Source of the DNA: Scenedesmus sp. PABB004 | Lineage: Eukaryota | DNA: 64,000 nucleotides | Assembly: GCA_014905635.1 (NCBI GenBank) | Contig: JABVCE010000022.1 | Span: 186,001 to 250,000 of the forward strand | Direction: 5' to 3' | Part shown: positions 47,536-58,800 of the stretch, one piece after another | Layout of the letters: each line of letters opens with the position of its first letter | Numbering within the stretch: position 1 is the first letter of the stretch | Position numbers and translations under genes: made by a program | The notes under the pieces: generated by a model | What the model saw: only the letters and a program-made list of their open reading frames with translations | Database searches by the model: none | Told to the model about the DNA's origin: nothing

Positions 47536-49420
47536 GCGCAGCAGCCGGAGCGCGCCCCCGCGTGGCGGCGGCGGGCGCATGCCCCGCCGCCAGCGGCTGA
47601 TGATGATGACTCGGCCGCTTCCAGCGCCTGCCCTCATTCTTTTGGTGGCTGCTGGCCGGCTACAACAACAACCGATGCCTGGGCGTGCGCATGCACATGC
47701 GCACGCGCCGTGTGTGCGGGGCGGGGGTCGCGGCGCAGCAGCCTTTTTCGGGCGCCCCCGGCGGCTGCTGGGGAGGCGGCGCGCGGCAGAGAGAGAGCTG
47801 AGGGCGGGCGCGGCGGGCGGCAGATGCTGCCTGCTGCAGCTGGGCGGCGCCGGAATGCGGCGCCGCCGCTCGCCGGAGCATAAGACATCGGCGCCCAGCC
47901 GGCGGCACCAGGCGCCGCCGTCTGGGGCGGCCCCAGGCGCCGCCCCAGGCGCGGGCGCGCGTCGCGGGGCCGCCGCGCTGGGCGCCGCTGCGGGTGGCGC
48001 TGGGGCTTGGCTGAGCCCCGCAGGGGGCGATCCCTTTTCATGCTGGGCCTCTGTGGACAGACCTGGCGATACCACGTGCGCAGGCTGGCAGGCAGGCTGG
48101 GGGCTAGCGCGGGGCGCGGCGGCGGCGGGGCGCGGGCGGGCGGCGCGCCCGCGCCTGCGCCCCGGCGCCGCGCGCGCGAGGGCCCGCGGCGGCCGGCCGC
48201 CGCTCCCTCGGGCGAATCTCTTTGATTGGTGGGCGCTCGCCGGCGCTGGGGCGGGGCTCCGGGGGGGTCACATAGGCGCGCGCTTAGCTTGATCATTTCG
48301 GCGGTGCGCGCTCCCTCGCACCCGACGCGCCTCGGGCGCGGGAGCGGGCTGGGGCCGGCAGCAGCGCGGCTCTGCGATGCGCCGCCTGCTCGCCTTAGGA
48401 GAGCGCATGCGGGCGCGCGCCAAGGGGCGGCGCCCCCTGCTTCCTGCACGGCACGCGGATGACGACGACGGTGGCCGCGGGGCCGAGCGCATCCGTGCAG
48501 GTTTTGGCGGCTCGCCTGGACTGCGAGACGACCGACGGCAGCGGCGCAGGCGCGGGGCGCGCCCGGCCGCCGCCGACGATGATGGTGGTGGCGACAGCGG
48601 CAGGCGGGCGGGCGGGGCCGGCCGCGGCCGCGCGCGGTTCGGACGAGAGCGTCTGTCGCAGGGCGGGCGCTGCGACGTGCTCGGCCGGCCTTACAAAGGT
48701 GTTTTGTTTGTCAAGGAGCGTTTTGGCTCCTTTTGCTGTGCCGCCACGCATGGCGACGTCGACGCGCGGTTGCCCGTGAGGCCTGGCCAGCGCGGCAGGC
48801 CGATGACTGACGCGCGGCTGCGCGGCGCGTGTGGTCGTGTGCGTCTCCGCGCGCGCGCGACGTGATATCCCCCCTTTCAACCTCCCCCGGGCGCCGGGCG
48901 GCGCCGCCCTCGCGGCGCGCGCCCGGCGCCGCGGCTGTTTGCTCTGCGCTCTGCGCTCTCCCCTGCTGCTGCCCCGCTGTTTGTGTGTAGGTCTGGTCAG
49001 CATCACCATCGTCGAGCATGGCGGCCGTGGCGTGTGGTTTGGTGGCTCCCCCGGTGTTGCTGGCTCGGGCGAGCGCTAGCTGGCTGCTGCTGGTCAGGTC
49101 GGGTCCCGCGGTTGTGGTCGGGCGTCCCTGGTGTGTTGCGGCGGTCTCGCGTGCGCGGCGGCGTGGTGTGCGCGGCAGCCTCAGCGCCCCCGCCTCGCCG
49201 CCGCCGGTCTTGTGTGCTGCGGTCGGGTCTCCGTGGTGTCGTGTGGCGTGGGACGGGCACGCGCGGCTGTGGCTTCTCAGAGCGCCGCGGTGGTGGTTGG
49301 GGCGCATCGTGCACCGCGGCGGAGTGGTGGCGGCGACGGCGGGCAGCCCGCTGCGGCGCGGCGATCGCCGCGGCAGTGGCTCGCTCAGGAGTCGTTTGGC
49401 GTAACACCGGCGTAGCCCCC

Positions 49421-49530
49421 GCGCCGCGCTCAGCCCCAGACCGCGCCGAGCTCAGGCCCAGTCCGCGGCGCGCTCAGCCCAGTCCGCGGCGCTCAGCGCC
49501 CGCGCCGCGCTCAGGCCCAGACCGCGCCGA
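49421..49530 (-). repeat. Four to five imperfect repeats of the APX stop-codon region
   Basis: gctcag(g/c)cccag(a/t)ccgc at about 49428, 49450, 49472 and 49509, partial at 49491. Confidence 0.75.
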
Positions 49531-50992
49531 GGGCGGTGAGCTTGGCGTACGCGGCGGCAAAGTCTGCGAAGAAGGCGGCGCTGTCCGAGGCGTAGCGCGC
49601 GATGAGCGCCGCGCACGCCGGGTCGTCCGGGAGCGCGTGGTCCGAGGGCAGGCCGATCATGCCGGCCATGGGGTCGGCCGCGTTGAGCCAGGGCTTGGCC
49701 AGCAGCGCGGTGTAATACGCGGTGTCAAAGGTCACGGGGTCGCCAAAGCCCTTGCCGCCTGCGCGCGCGCGCGCGGGGATGTGTGTGGGCGCGCGGTGGC
49801 GGCGGCGGCGGCGCGGGCGGTGCGGGCTGCGGCGGCGGCGGCGGCGGCGGCGGCGCGCGCACCGAGCGTGTGCGCGCCCGACAGCGCGACGAGGTCTGTC
49901 ACGCCGAGGCCCTTGTCCGCAAAGTTTGAGATCAGCGCGGCCACGCCGGCGCGCTCCGAGGCCATGCGGCCGGGCGGGTCGGGCCCGCCCGCGTCGGCGC
50001 GGCCGACCGGCACGGGGATGGCGGGGCCGCCGCAGACCGCGACCGCGTGCGCGCCGGCCAGGGCGATGAGGTCGGCGTATGACACAGACCCCTCGCCCGG
50101 CGTGCCCTTCAGCGCGTCCGCGACCTGCCACCAGGGGCGGCGCACCGAGCGACGCGCGGCGCGGCGACGGCGGCTGTGGCGCGGGCCGCGGCGGCGGCGG
50201 CGGCGGCGGCGCGCGGCAGCGGCAGCGAACGCGCAGCGGCAGCCGCGGGGCGCGGCGCGCGCCTGCTCGATGAGCCGCCAGCCGCGCTTGAGCCCGGTGT
50301 TTTCGGGCCGGTCCAGCTCAAAGCGCACGCTCGCGTTGGCGCCGCCGTCGCCGGCCGCGGCGCTGTAGGTCGCGGCGTCGTGGTAGGCCAGGCGCAGAAT
50401 GACGGGCGCCTGCGGCGGGGCCGCGCGCGGGCGCGGGCGGGCGCGCGCCGCGTGAGGCCACCCGCCCCCGCCCCCGAGGGCGGGGGCGCGCCGCGGCGCC
50501 GGGCCCCCAGCGCTGCGCGCCGGGCGGGGGCGGCGGCAGCGCACCTTGGGCTTGGTCACGACCTGGGCGAGCGCCTTGGCCACGGCCGCCGCCGCGTCGG
50601 GCGGCAGCGCGCGCGGGCCCGCCGGCGCCGCGGACGCCGCGGGCGCGCCCGGCCCCAGCGGCGGCGCGGCCCACGCGCCCAGGCCCGCGGCCAGCAGCGC
50701 GCTGCTGGGCAGCTGCAGCAGCAGACCGCGCCGGCCCAGGCCGGCGGGTGCGGCGCCGGGCGCTGCGCGCGGGCGGGGCGGTGAGAGCAGCGCCAGGCGT
50801 CACCGCTCGCCGCCGGCGCAGGCATGTGTGCGGGCGGCGATCAGGGTCACCTGGTGGGTCGCTGTCGCTCACGGCCGCCCGCACCACGCGGGCACTGGGG
50901 CGCCGGCGCGCGCAGGGCGGCGGTCCGCTGCTGCCGCCGCGCGCTGCGGGCTGGCGGGCGACGCAGGGGCGCAGAGAGCTGACGCAGCGCAT
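49511..50992 (-). CDS. Plastid ascorbate-peroxidase-related heme peroxidase (APX6/APX-R type), 5 exons
   Basis: APVILRLAYHDAATY...GGANASVRFELDRPENTGL, SYADLIALAGA, LVALSGAHTLGGKGFGDPVTFD, MIGLPSDHAL. The GAHTLGGKGFG loop deletion is typical of APX-R. Confidence 0.9.
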
Positions 50993-51425
50993 TGCTGCAG
51001 CTGCTGCCGGATCGACGGGCACGCGCGGTGGGTCCCGGGGCGCGCGAGCGCGCCGCTGCGGCGCGCAGTGATGACGGCGCTGCTGGCGCCCGCCTGGCGC
51101 GGTGTGTGCGGGAGCCGGGGGCGGGCCGGCGGTCGATGCTGGGCCGAGAGACACTGCCCGGGCTGCGAGCACGCGGGCTGGCGCGCCGCCGCGCGGCGGC
51201 GGCACAGGGCGCAGCGCGGCGGCACAGGGTGCAGCGCGGGCGCCGAGAGACAATCGGTCAGTTCAGTGCCGAGCCGCCCCTGGAGCTTCCCTGCTGCTGG
51301 CCAAGACCTAAGCTCGCCGCACCACACCGGGCGCGCCGGCCGCCGCGGCGCGCCCGCAGCTCGCGCGCGTGGGCACCCAGCCGCGCCGCCCTGCTGCCGC
51401 GCGCCCGCCCGCGTCGTCGTCATCT

Positions 51426-52832
51426 TCAGGCGTACTTGGAGTCGCCAATGATGTGGCCGCCAAAGAAGGGCGCGATCTCGACCACCACCTGGCCATACTC
51501 CACCGGGTCGCCCTCCTCCGCCTTGTACGATGCGAGCTCACCCGCCTGCGGCGCCTGCGGGCGTGCGTGCGTGCGGGCGGGCGGGCGGGCGGCGGCGGTG
51601 GGCGGGCGGGGCGGGCGTGGCGGCGCGGGCGGGAGCGCTGCTCGCGCTGCGAGAGCTCGACCCCGAGCCCCCCTCGCGCGCTCGAGCTGCCTCGCGCGCT
51701 CGAGCTCCCTCGCGCACCTTGAGCTCCACAAAGGTCCCCAGCTGCTCCACGTAGCCCAGCGTCTGCCCCTTCTTCACGGTGTCGCCCACGTTGGCCACGT
51801 TGCCCTGCGGCGCGCGCGCGGGCCGCGCGTGTGGGCGCGCGTGCGGCCGCTCGCCGCGCCCGCCGCCGCCCGCCGCGCCCGCCGCCGCCCGCCGCGCCCG
51901 CCGCGCCCGCGCCCGCACCTTGCCGACCTTCTTGCCCGCGGCGTACTTGCCGCGCCGGAAGACGCCGACCTGCGGGCGCCCGGCGGCGAGCAGCGGCGCG
52001 CGCGGGCTCGGCGGGGGCGCGGCGCCGCGCAAAAAGCGCCGCGCTGGGGCACGGCGCGGCGGCGCCGGCGCGCCTTGGGCGCCGTGACGGGCAGCATGCC
52101 CTCGTCCACGCTCTCCTCCGGCACGGCGCGGTCGTCCACGCTCACGTAGGCGACGGGCGCGGCGGCCGCCGCAAACGCGGGCGGCGCGGGCGCGGCGACC
52201 ACCGCCGGCGCCGGCGCGGGCGCGGGCGCGTCGATGCTGCGCCGGACCTTGAGCTGGAAGCTGCCCATCTGCGCGGGGCGGGGCGGGGCGGGGCTGGGCC
52301 GGGGGCCCCCGCAGCAGCGCGGGCGCGACGCGGCGCGCCGCGCCGGGGGCCGCGCCGGAGCGGCCGCCCCACCTTGAGCTCCATCTCCGCGATCTCTGTG
52401 TCCGCCACCAGCGTGTTCAGCAGCTGCTGCACCTGCGGCGACGCGGCGCGGCGGCGGCGGGCCTCGGCGCCCGGCAGCAGCGCCAGCGCCGCTGCCGGCG
52501 CCGCCGCCGCCGCGCCGGGCGCCGCGCGCCGCCGCCGGCGCGGCGGTACCTCGGTCGTGGAGGGAGCCACGTCGGGGCCGTCGGTGAAGGCCTCCGGGGC
52601 TGCGCGCGGCGCGGGCGGGCGCGCCAACGCATGCGGGCGCTGTCAGGGGAGGCCGCGGCGCCAGGCGGCCCCGGCGGATGGCGCGGCGCGCACCCTCAGA
52701 CTTGGTGGCCGCCTCCTTCTCCTTGACCGCCCGCGCGGGCTGAATGCGGGCGCCAGCGCGCGGGGTGATGGCCGCGCCCGCGCCCCGCGCGGGGCGCGCC
52801 AGCCGGCTGCAGCGCGACGCCGCGAACGCCAT
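51426..52832 (-). CDS. BADC: Biotin attachment domain-containing (BCCP-like, non-biotinylated) plastid ACCase subunit, 7 exons
   Basis: DTEIAEMELK|MGSFQLKVRR...VKKGQTLGYVEQLGTFVELK|APQAGE...GDPVEYGQ...APFFG. The EAMKLM biotinylation motif is replaced by EQLGTF. Confidence 0.88.
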
Positions 52833-53174
52833 GGCACCGACGGCGGGACGCGAGGCGCGCGGGCGGAGAGCCTGCGAGCCTGCGGGCGTTGGGTGCTGCC
52901 GGCTGCTGCTGCGAGTCCCGTGCGCCCCTGCTGCGCCGTTGAGCGCCTGGTCGTCGGTCGCGGGAGTGCGGTGGCCACGGTGCGCCGCGGCGGCGTCCAC
53001 CGTCGTCGCGCCGCTTCGCCGCCGCTGCGCCGCGCGAACGCGCCCTGCCGCCCGCGCGCCGCCGGGCGCTGGCACACCGCCGCCGCCTGCCTGCCGCGTC
53101 CCGCCAGGTAGCCCAGCAGCTGCGATCGCGCTCGCGCCCGCGCTCGCCCGCGAGCGCTGCTCCGCTCGCCAGCG

Positions 53175-54222
53175 ATGTCCGCGGGCGCGGCCGGCGGGGT
53201 CAAGATGTTTTACGTTGCTGTGGGCACCGTGGAGGCCAAGCTGGTGCGGTGCTGGGGAAGGGCCGCCCGCCGGCGCGGGCGCGCCGTTGCAGCAGCAGCG
53301 CCGCGCACGCCGCCCGCGCTCCGCCGTGCGCAGCCGACGCTGGTGGAGCTGCTGCAGGCGCTTCGCGTCGACCCGCGCCTGGCGTGCGCGGTGGCGTGCA
53401 GGTGGGGCGCGCGCGCGTGCGCGCGGAGGCCGGGCGGCGCGGCAGCCGACCTGCGTTGCCGCCGCCGCAGCTCGCGCGACAGCGTGGACGCGGTCGTGCA
53501 CGCGCTGGCGAGCTGCCAGGGCTTCAGCGTCGCGGTGCTGGTGCGCCCGCACGCCCGCGCGCCTGCGCGCGCCGCACGCCGCGCCAGCTCAGGCGCGCCT
53601 GCCTCGCCCCTGCTGCTCCTGCGCCCGCGCGCAGCACGCCGACCTGGAGCCGCACGAGGCGGAGCAGCAGGTGCTGCAGATCAAGCGCCGCCTCGCGCCG
53701 CCAGCGCAGGAGCAGCAGGAGCAGCAGCAGGAGCAGGCGCAGGCGCAGGCGCAGGCGCAGGCGCAGCAGCAGCAGCAGCAGGCACAGCAGGCGGAGCAGC
53801 GGCCGCCGGGTGCTGCCGCTGACGCGGCCGCCGCGCCCCCGCCCCGACCGCACGGGGCAGCCGACCCAGCGGGCGCGCCGCCAGGGCCGCCGGGCGCGGC
53901 GCCGGGCGACGGCCGCTCGCTCGTGCTGGTGGCGAGCGACGCCTGCCTGCGCGGCCTCGCGCGCGAGCTGCTGCCCGTGGGGCTGCCCCTGCTGGTCAAC
54001 TTTGACCTGCCCGGCAGCAAGGACGCGCTGTCGCGCCGCCTCGCGGCGGTGTTTGGCAGCAGCAAGGAGCGCGGCCGGCGCGGCGCCGGCGGCGGCGCCG
54101 GCGCGTGCGTCGCGGTCGACTTTGTCGCGGCGGGCGAGGCCGCGGCGTTCCGTGCGCGCGAGCGCCTCGGAGGCGTGGCCGTGCAGGAGATGCCGGTGCA
54201 CGTGCCGGACATCTTCGCGTGA
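53175..54222 (+). CDS. Stand-alone degenerate eIF4A/DEAD-box C-terminal (RecA2) domain protein, 4 exons
   Basis: VKMFYVAV...AKL|PTLVELL...C|SSRDSVD...VL|HADLE...VLVASDA...LLVNFDLP...LSRRL...VQEMPVHVPDIFA follows the eIF4A CTD but lacks HRIGR. Confidence 0.7.
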
Positions 54223-54597
54223 CGGCTAGCGCGCGCGCGGGCGGCTCCGCCGCGCTGCGTCCGCGCGCCGGGGCCGCGCTGGTGGCCAGCAGCTGGCCGG
54301 CGCGGGCGGCCCGCGGCGAGTAATCGCTCGAGTGCGGTGCGCACTGCGAAGCTACGGCTGAACGCCACGGCAAGCTGCGGCGCCGCGCTGCCGTCAGCGC
54401 TCCGGCCGCCTGGGCCCCGCGCGCACCAGGCCGCCGGAACCGCCGCCGCGGCTTGCCGCGCGCGCAGCGGCGGCACCCGGCGCGCGCACACGCCGGCCTC
54501 GCCACGGCCGCGTCCGCGCCCCGCCAGGCGCCCCAGGGGGCGGCAGCAGCAGCAGCAGCAGCAGACGCCAGCGCGGCGCCGTGCGCGCCCGGGCGCG

Positions 54598-55151
54598 ATG
54601 GACCGCCTGTTCGACCGCGCCTTCAACAAGGCGCACGGCGTGGTCCACGCCGTCACGGAGGAGGCGTCCCGCGACCTGGCGCGCGAGCGGCAGGCCAGCA
54701 GGGAGCAGCAGCTGCGCGCCCTGAGCACCCCCATGACGGCGGAGGACGTGGTGGAGCGCATCGGGCTGGCCTTCAAGGACGGCGACTACTTCAGGCGCGC
54801 AGCAGCGCAGCAACCCGCGCGCCGCCCGCGCGCCGCCCGCGCGCCGCCCGCGCACCAGCCGCTCGAAGCGCCGCGCGCCGCGCAGGCTGCTGCAGCTGCC
54901 CGCGCCCACGCTCAACGGCCTGGGCCGCGCCGAGTGGGGCGTGAGCGGCGGCGAGGTGAGCAAGGCATACCGCAAGCTCTCCATCCTGGTGCACCCGGAC
55001 AAGGCGCCTGGGCCAGCAGCACGCGAGGCGTTTGAGCAGCTCAAAGCGGCGTACTCGGAGCTGCGCGACCCCGACAAGCTGGTGCGACGCGCTGCCGGCC
55101 GCCTGGGCGGCAGCCAGGCGCGCGCCGCGCCGCGCGCCGGCCGGCCACGCA

Positions 55152-55184
<33 letters not shown>

Positions 55185-55662
55185 CAGGCCGCGCGGTTGC
55201 GCGACGCCGAGCCGGGGCTGCAGCGCGCCGCGGAGCGCGTCGCAGCGACCGTCAGCATGACCGAGCGCGTGGAGCAGGCGGCGGCGGCAGAGGAGCGCAA
55301 GGCGCAGCTGCGCCAGGAGCAGGTGCGGGCCGCGCGGCGCGCGGCGCCCCGCAGCTCGGCGGCGGCGCGCGCCAGTCCCTCACCCCCCCCTGCACGCCCG
55401 CCCCCCCACCCCCCCCCCCCCCCAGGCGCGCAGCTTCCAGGAGGAGATTCGGCAGCAGATGAAGCGGCGGCAGGCGGAGGCGGAGGCGAAGAAGCAGCGA
55501 GCGACGCAGCCGAGCAAGTACGCCGGCCGGCGCGAGCGCGGTGACGGCGGCGACGACGGCGGGGCGCCCGCCGCGCGGGCCGGCGGCAGCGGCAGCGACA
55601 GCGACGGCGACTACGCGCGCCGGCAGGTCAGCAAGAAGCGGCGCAAGCCGGCGTTCATGTGA
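54598..55662 (+). CDS. J-domain (DnaJ, DNAJC8-like) protein, 4 exons
   Basis: DYFRLLQLP...EVSKAYRKLSILVHPDK..GPAAREAFEQLKAAYSELRDP, coiled coil, basic C-terminal SKKRRKPAFM*. Confidence 0.88.
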
Positions 55663-55766
55663 GCGGGGCCGGCAGCTGCAACACGCGGCGCCCCGCGCGG
55701 GCGGTATTGGGCCGGCGGGCGCTGAAACAGGCGCCGCCGGGACGCCCCTGTGCTGCCGCGAGCAAC

Positions 55767-56251
55767 AGAGCGCGCAGCTGCTCCTCTCTGCTGGCCTGCC
55801 GCTCGCGCGCCAGGTCGCGCGACGCCTCCGTGACGGCGTGGACCACGCCGTGCGCCTTGTTGAAGGCGCGGTCGAACAGGCGGTCCATCGCGCCCGGGCG
55901 CGCACGGCGCCGCGCTGGCGTCTGCTGCTGCTGCCGCTGCTGCCGCCCCCTGGGGCGCCTGGGGGGCGCGGACGCGGCGGTGGCGAGGCCGGCGTGTGCG
56001 CGCGCCCGGTGCCGCTGCAGTGCGTGGCAAGCTGCGGCGGCGGTTCGGCGGCCTGGTGCGCGCGGGGCCCAGGCGGCCGGAGCGCTGACGGCAGCGCGGC
56101 AGCTTGCCGCCGTGGCGTTCAGCCGCCGTAGCTTCGCAGTGCGCACCGCACTCGAGCGATTACCCGCCGCGGGCCGCCCGCGCCGGCCAGCTGCTGGCCA
56201 CCAGCGCGGCCCCGGCGCGCGGACGCAGCGCGGCGGAGCCGCCCGCGCGCG
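55767..56251 (-). pseudogene. Inverted duplicate of the DnaJ promoter, 5' UTR and first about 40 codons
   Basis: Reverse complement of about 54232-54722 with scattered substitutions and indels; keeps ATG (55888) and MDRLFDRAFNKAHGVVHAVTEASRDLARERQASREEQLRAL. Confidence 0.92.
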
Positions 56252-56547
56252 GGAGCGGCGTGCGCGAATTTACGCGGTGAGCCTCTCAACCCTGTGAGCC
56301 CAGTGAGAGCGCCCCCGGCCGCGCCGGCCCCGCCCTCCGTCCACACACGAGCTGGCCCCACCCTGGGGAGGCGCGGCGCGGCGCAGCGCACGGCTGGTCA
56401 CCGCGCAGCTCGCAGCAAGCGCCACTGACTCACACGCCCGGGGGCGCTCGGGGGCGCTGCAGCAGCGCATAGGCGTGCCGCACAGCGCCACCGCGGGCAG
56501 ACACGCGCGCCCCAGCCGGCGCGTGCCCCGCAGCGCGAGCAGGCGGC

Positions 56548-58800
56548 ATGGAGGCGCAGCAGCAGCCAGGTGCGCGGCTGGCGCGCGCGGCGCCGCTCGG
56601 AGTGGATCGCTGAGCCTGATGCCGCCCTGGCGGCGGCGTGCGCGGCCGCGGCGCGCTCGGGTGGCGCCGTTTTCGGGCAGCGCGGCGCGGCGCGCAGGCC
56701 GCGCTCGTGCCGTTCCCAGGCTCGCCCGCGCCGTGGGAGCGTGCGGAGGTTGCCCCCGCGTGGCACGACCGCTGGGGGGGGCGCGGCCGGCGCGTGCTCC
56801 AGGCCCTGCTCCCGCCCGGCCCGCGGCGCCGCCCTGACGCACCCCGCCCCGCGCTGACGCGCCCCGCCGCAGATGCCGGGTCCAGCAACGCCCCTGACGC
56901 CGCGCCGGGCAAGCAGGGCGCCGCGGCGAAGCAGGGCGGCACCGGCTTCTTCATGCCCCTCTCCTCCCGCGCCCCCGCGCCCAGCGAGCGCGGGCCCGGC
57001 CGAGCCGGCGGCAGCGGCCGCTCCAAGCCCCACCGCCGGCGCAACGCCTCCGCGGGCGCGCTGCCGGGCGGCAGCGGCGGCGCGTCCGTCGCGGGTGACG
57101 TCGACCGCCGGCGCTCGCTGAGCTCGAGGGCGCTCGCTGCCTGCCACTTCGCGCCGGGCGGCGGCCGCAGCTCCTTCAGCGTCGAGGACAGGCTGGGCAG
57201 CAGCGAGTGCGGCGACGACCTGTCGCCCCCGCACGGGGCGAGCAGCCACTCGAGCCTCAGCTTCCCGTCGTCCCCGCTGCACCCGGGCGGCGGCGCCGGC
57301 GACGGGGGCGGCCTCTGCTTCCCCGCGTCGGCGCACAGCGAGCACGCGGCCGCGGTGGCGGCCGCGCTCGCGCTGCCGGGCGCGGCGCCGCCCGGGGGCG
57401 ACCCGCCGGGCCTGCTCGCCGGGGGCGACCCGCCGGGCCTGTTCGCCGCGGCGCCGGTCGAGCGCCCGCCGGCGCTGCGCCTGAGCGGCTGCTCGCTCGA
57501 CAGCGCCACCCTGGGGCTGATGGCCTCGAGGGGGGGCGCTGCCATCAGCGGCGACGCGCTGGAGACCTTTTTCGGGCCCGGCGCGCGGCACGCCGCCGCG
57601 GAGCCCGGGGGCGGCGCCCACGCGCTCCAGCAGCAGCTGCCGCCGCTGGCGCGCGGCGGCCGTGGCGGCGGCGGCGGCGCCACGTCCTCGCCGTCCGTGT
57701 TTGGCGGCGGCGTGGACGGCAAGGCCACCATCTTCAGCCAGCCCTCCTTTGACACGTGGACGCGGCCGCGCGCGGCGGAGCTGCCGGCGCCGGCGCAGCG
57801 GCTGGCGCCGCCGCCGCCGCCGGGCATGCCCGACGCGCTGGGCGAGACGGAGGAGAGCATCCAAAAGCGCATCGACGAGCTGCTGATGATGAAGCAGCTG
57901 CTCCGGCTCAAGCAGCAGCACAAGGCGCAGCAGACGCAGCTGCAGCAGGCGCAGGCGGAGCAGGAGCAGCAGCTGCTCGCGTGCCTGCAGGGCGCCGCGC
58001 AGTGCGGCGACGCCGGCGGCGGCGGCGCGCCCGCCGGCGCCGGGGCGGCGCTGAGGCAGGAGGCGGGCAGCGAGTCGGCCGCGGAGCAGCTGCAGCAGCT
58101 GCTGTGGTCGCAGGGTGTGCCGTCCAGCGACGGCTTTGCGACGAGCAGCGCCATGGCGCAGCAGCTGCCGCACGAGCTGCAGGTGCAGACGAGCGCCGGC
58201 TCGGCCCCGGGCGGCAGCATGCAGCAGCTCCAGCGCGAGCTGCTGTGGTGCAAGGTGCAGGCCAGCGGCGGCTCTGCGACGGGCAGCGGCATGCAGCACC
58301 TGCAGCGCGAGCTGCTCTGGCAGCAGCAGCAGCAGCAGCCCGCCGCGGCGCTGCAGCTCGCGGACGGCCCCGCCAGCGGCCAGGGCCTGGCGCAGCAGCT
58401 GGAGCGGCTGCTGCTGCAGCAGGAGCTGGCGGCCAGTCGGCACCAGCAGCAGGCGGCCGCGCAGGGCGGCCAGGGCGGCATGTTTGGCGGCGGCGCCGCG
58501 TGCCTGAGCAGTGCGATGAGCGCCCCCGCCCCCGGCGCGCTCGCCGGCAGCGGCTGCCTGGACGACGTCCTGGCCTCGCTGCGCACCAGCGGGGGCGGCA
58601 GCTCCAGCAGCGGCGGCTTCAGCCCCACCACCCACCCGCTGCAGCTGGCGGGCGTCGGCAGCGACATCCTGCCGTCTGGCAGCGCGTTTGGCGGCGCCGC
58701 CGGCCGCGCGGACGGCCTGGCGGGCTGGGGCGGCCTCGCCCTCGCAAACGGCAGCCACGCCATGGTCTTTGCCGGCGGCGGGCTTGGCCTGCAGTCATAA
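56548..58800 (+). CDS. Hypothetical Gln/Gly/Ala-rich protein (2 exons) with internal QLQRELLW repeats
   Basis: Exon 1 56548-56569 (MEAQQQP), intron 56570-56872, 1.9-kb exon to TAA 58800 with host-like codon usage. Confidence 0.65.

Noticed and set aside
47560..49400. Possible gene between endosulfine and APX
   Set aside because: Short coding-like patches on both strands but no consistent model; compatible with long convergent 3' UTRs.
51700..51760. BCCP lacking the biotinylated lysine as a novelty or pseudogene
   Set aside because: This is the defining feature of the known BADC family.
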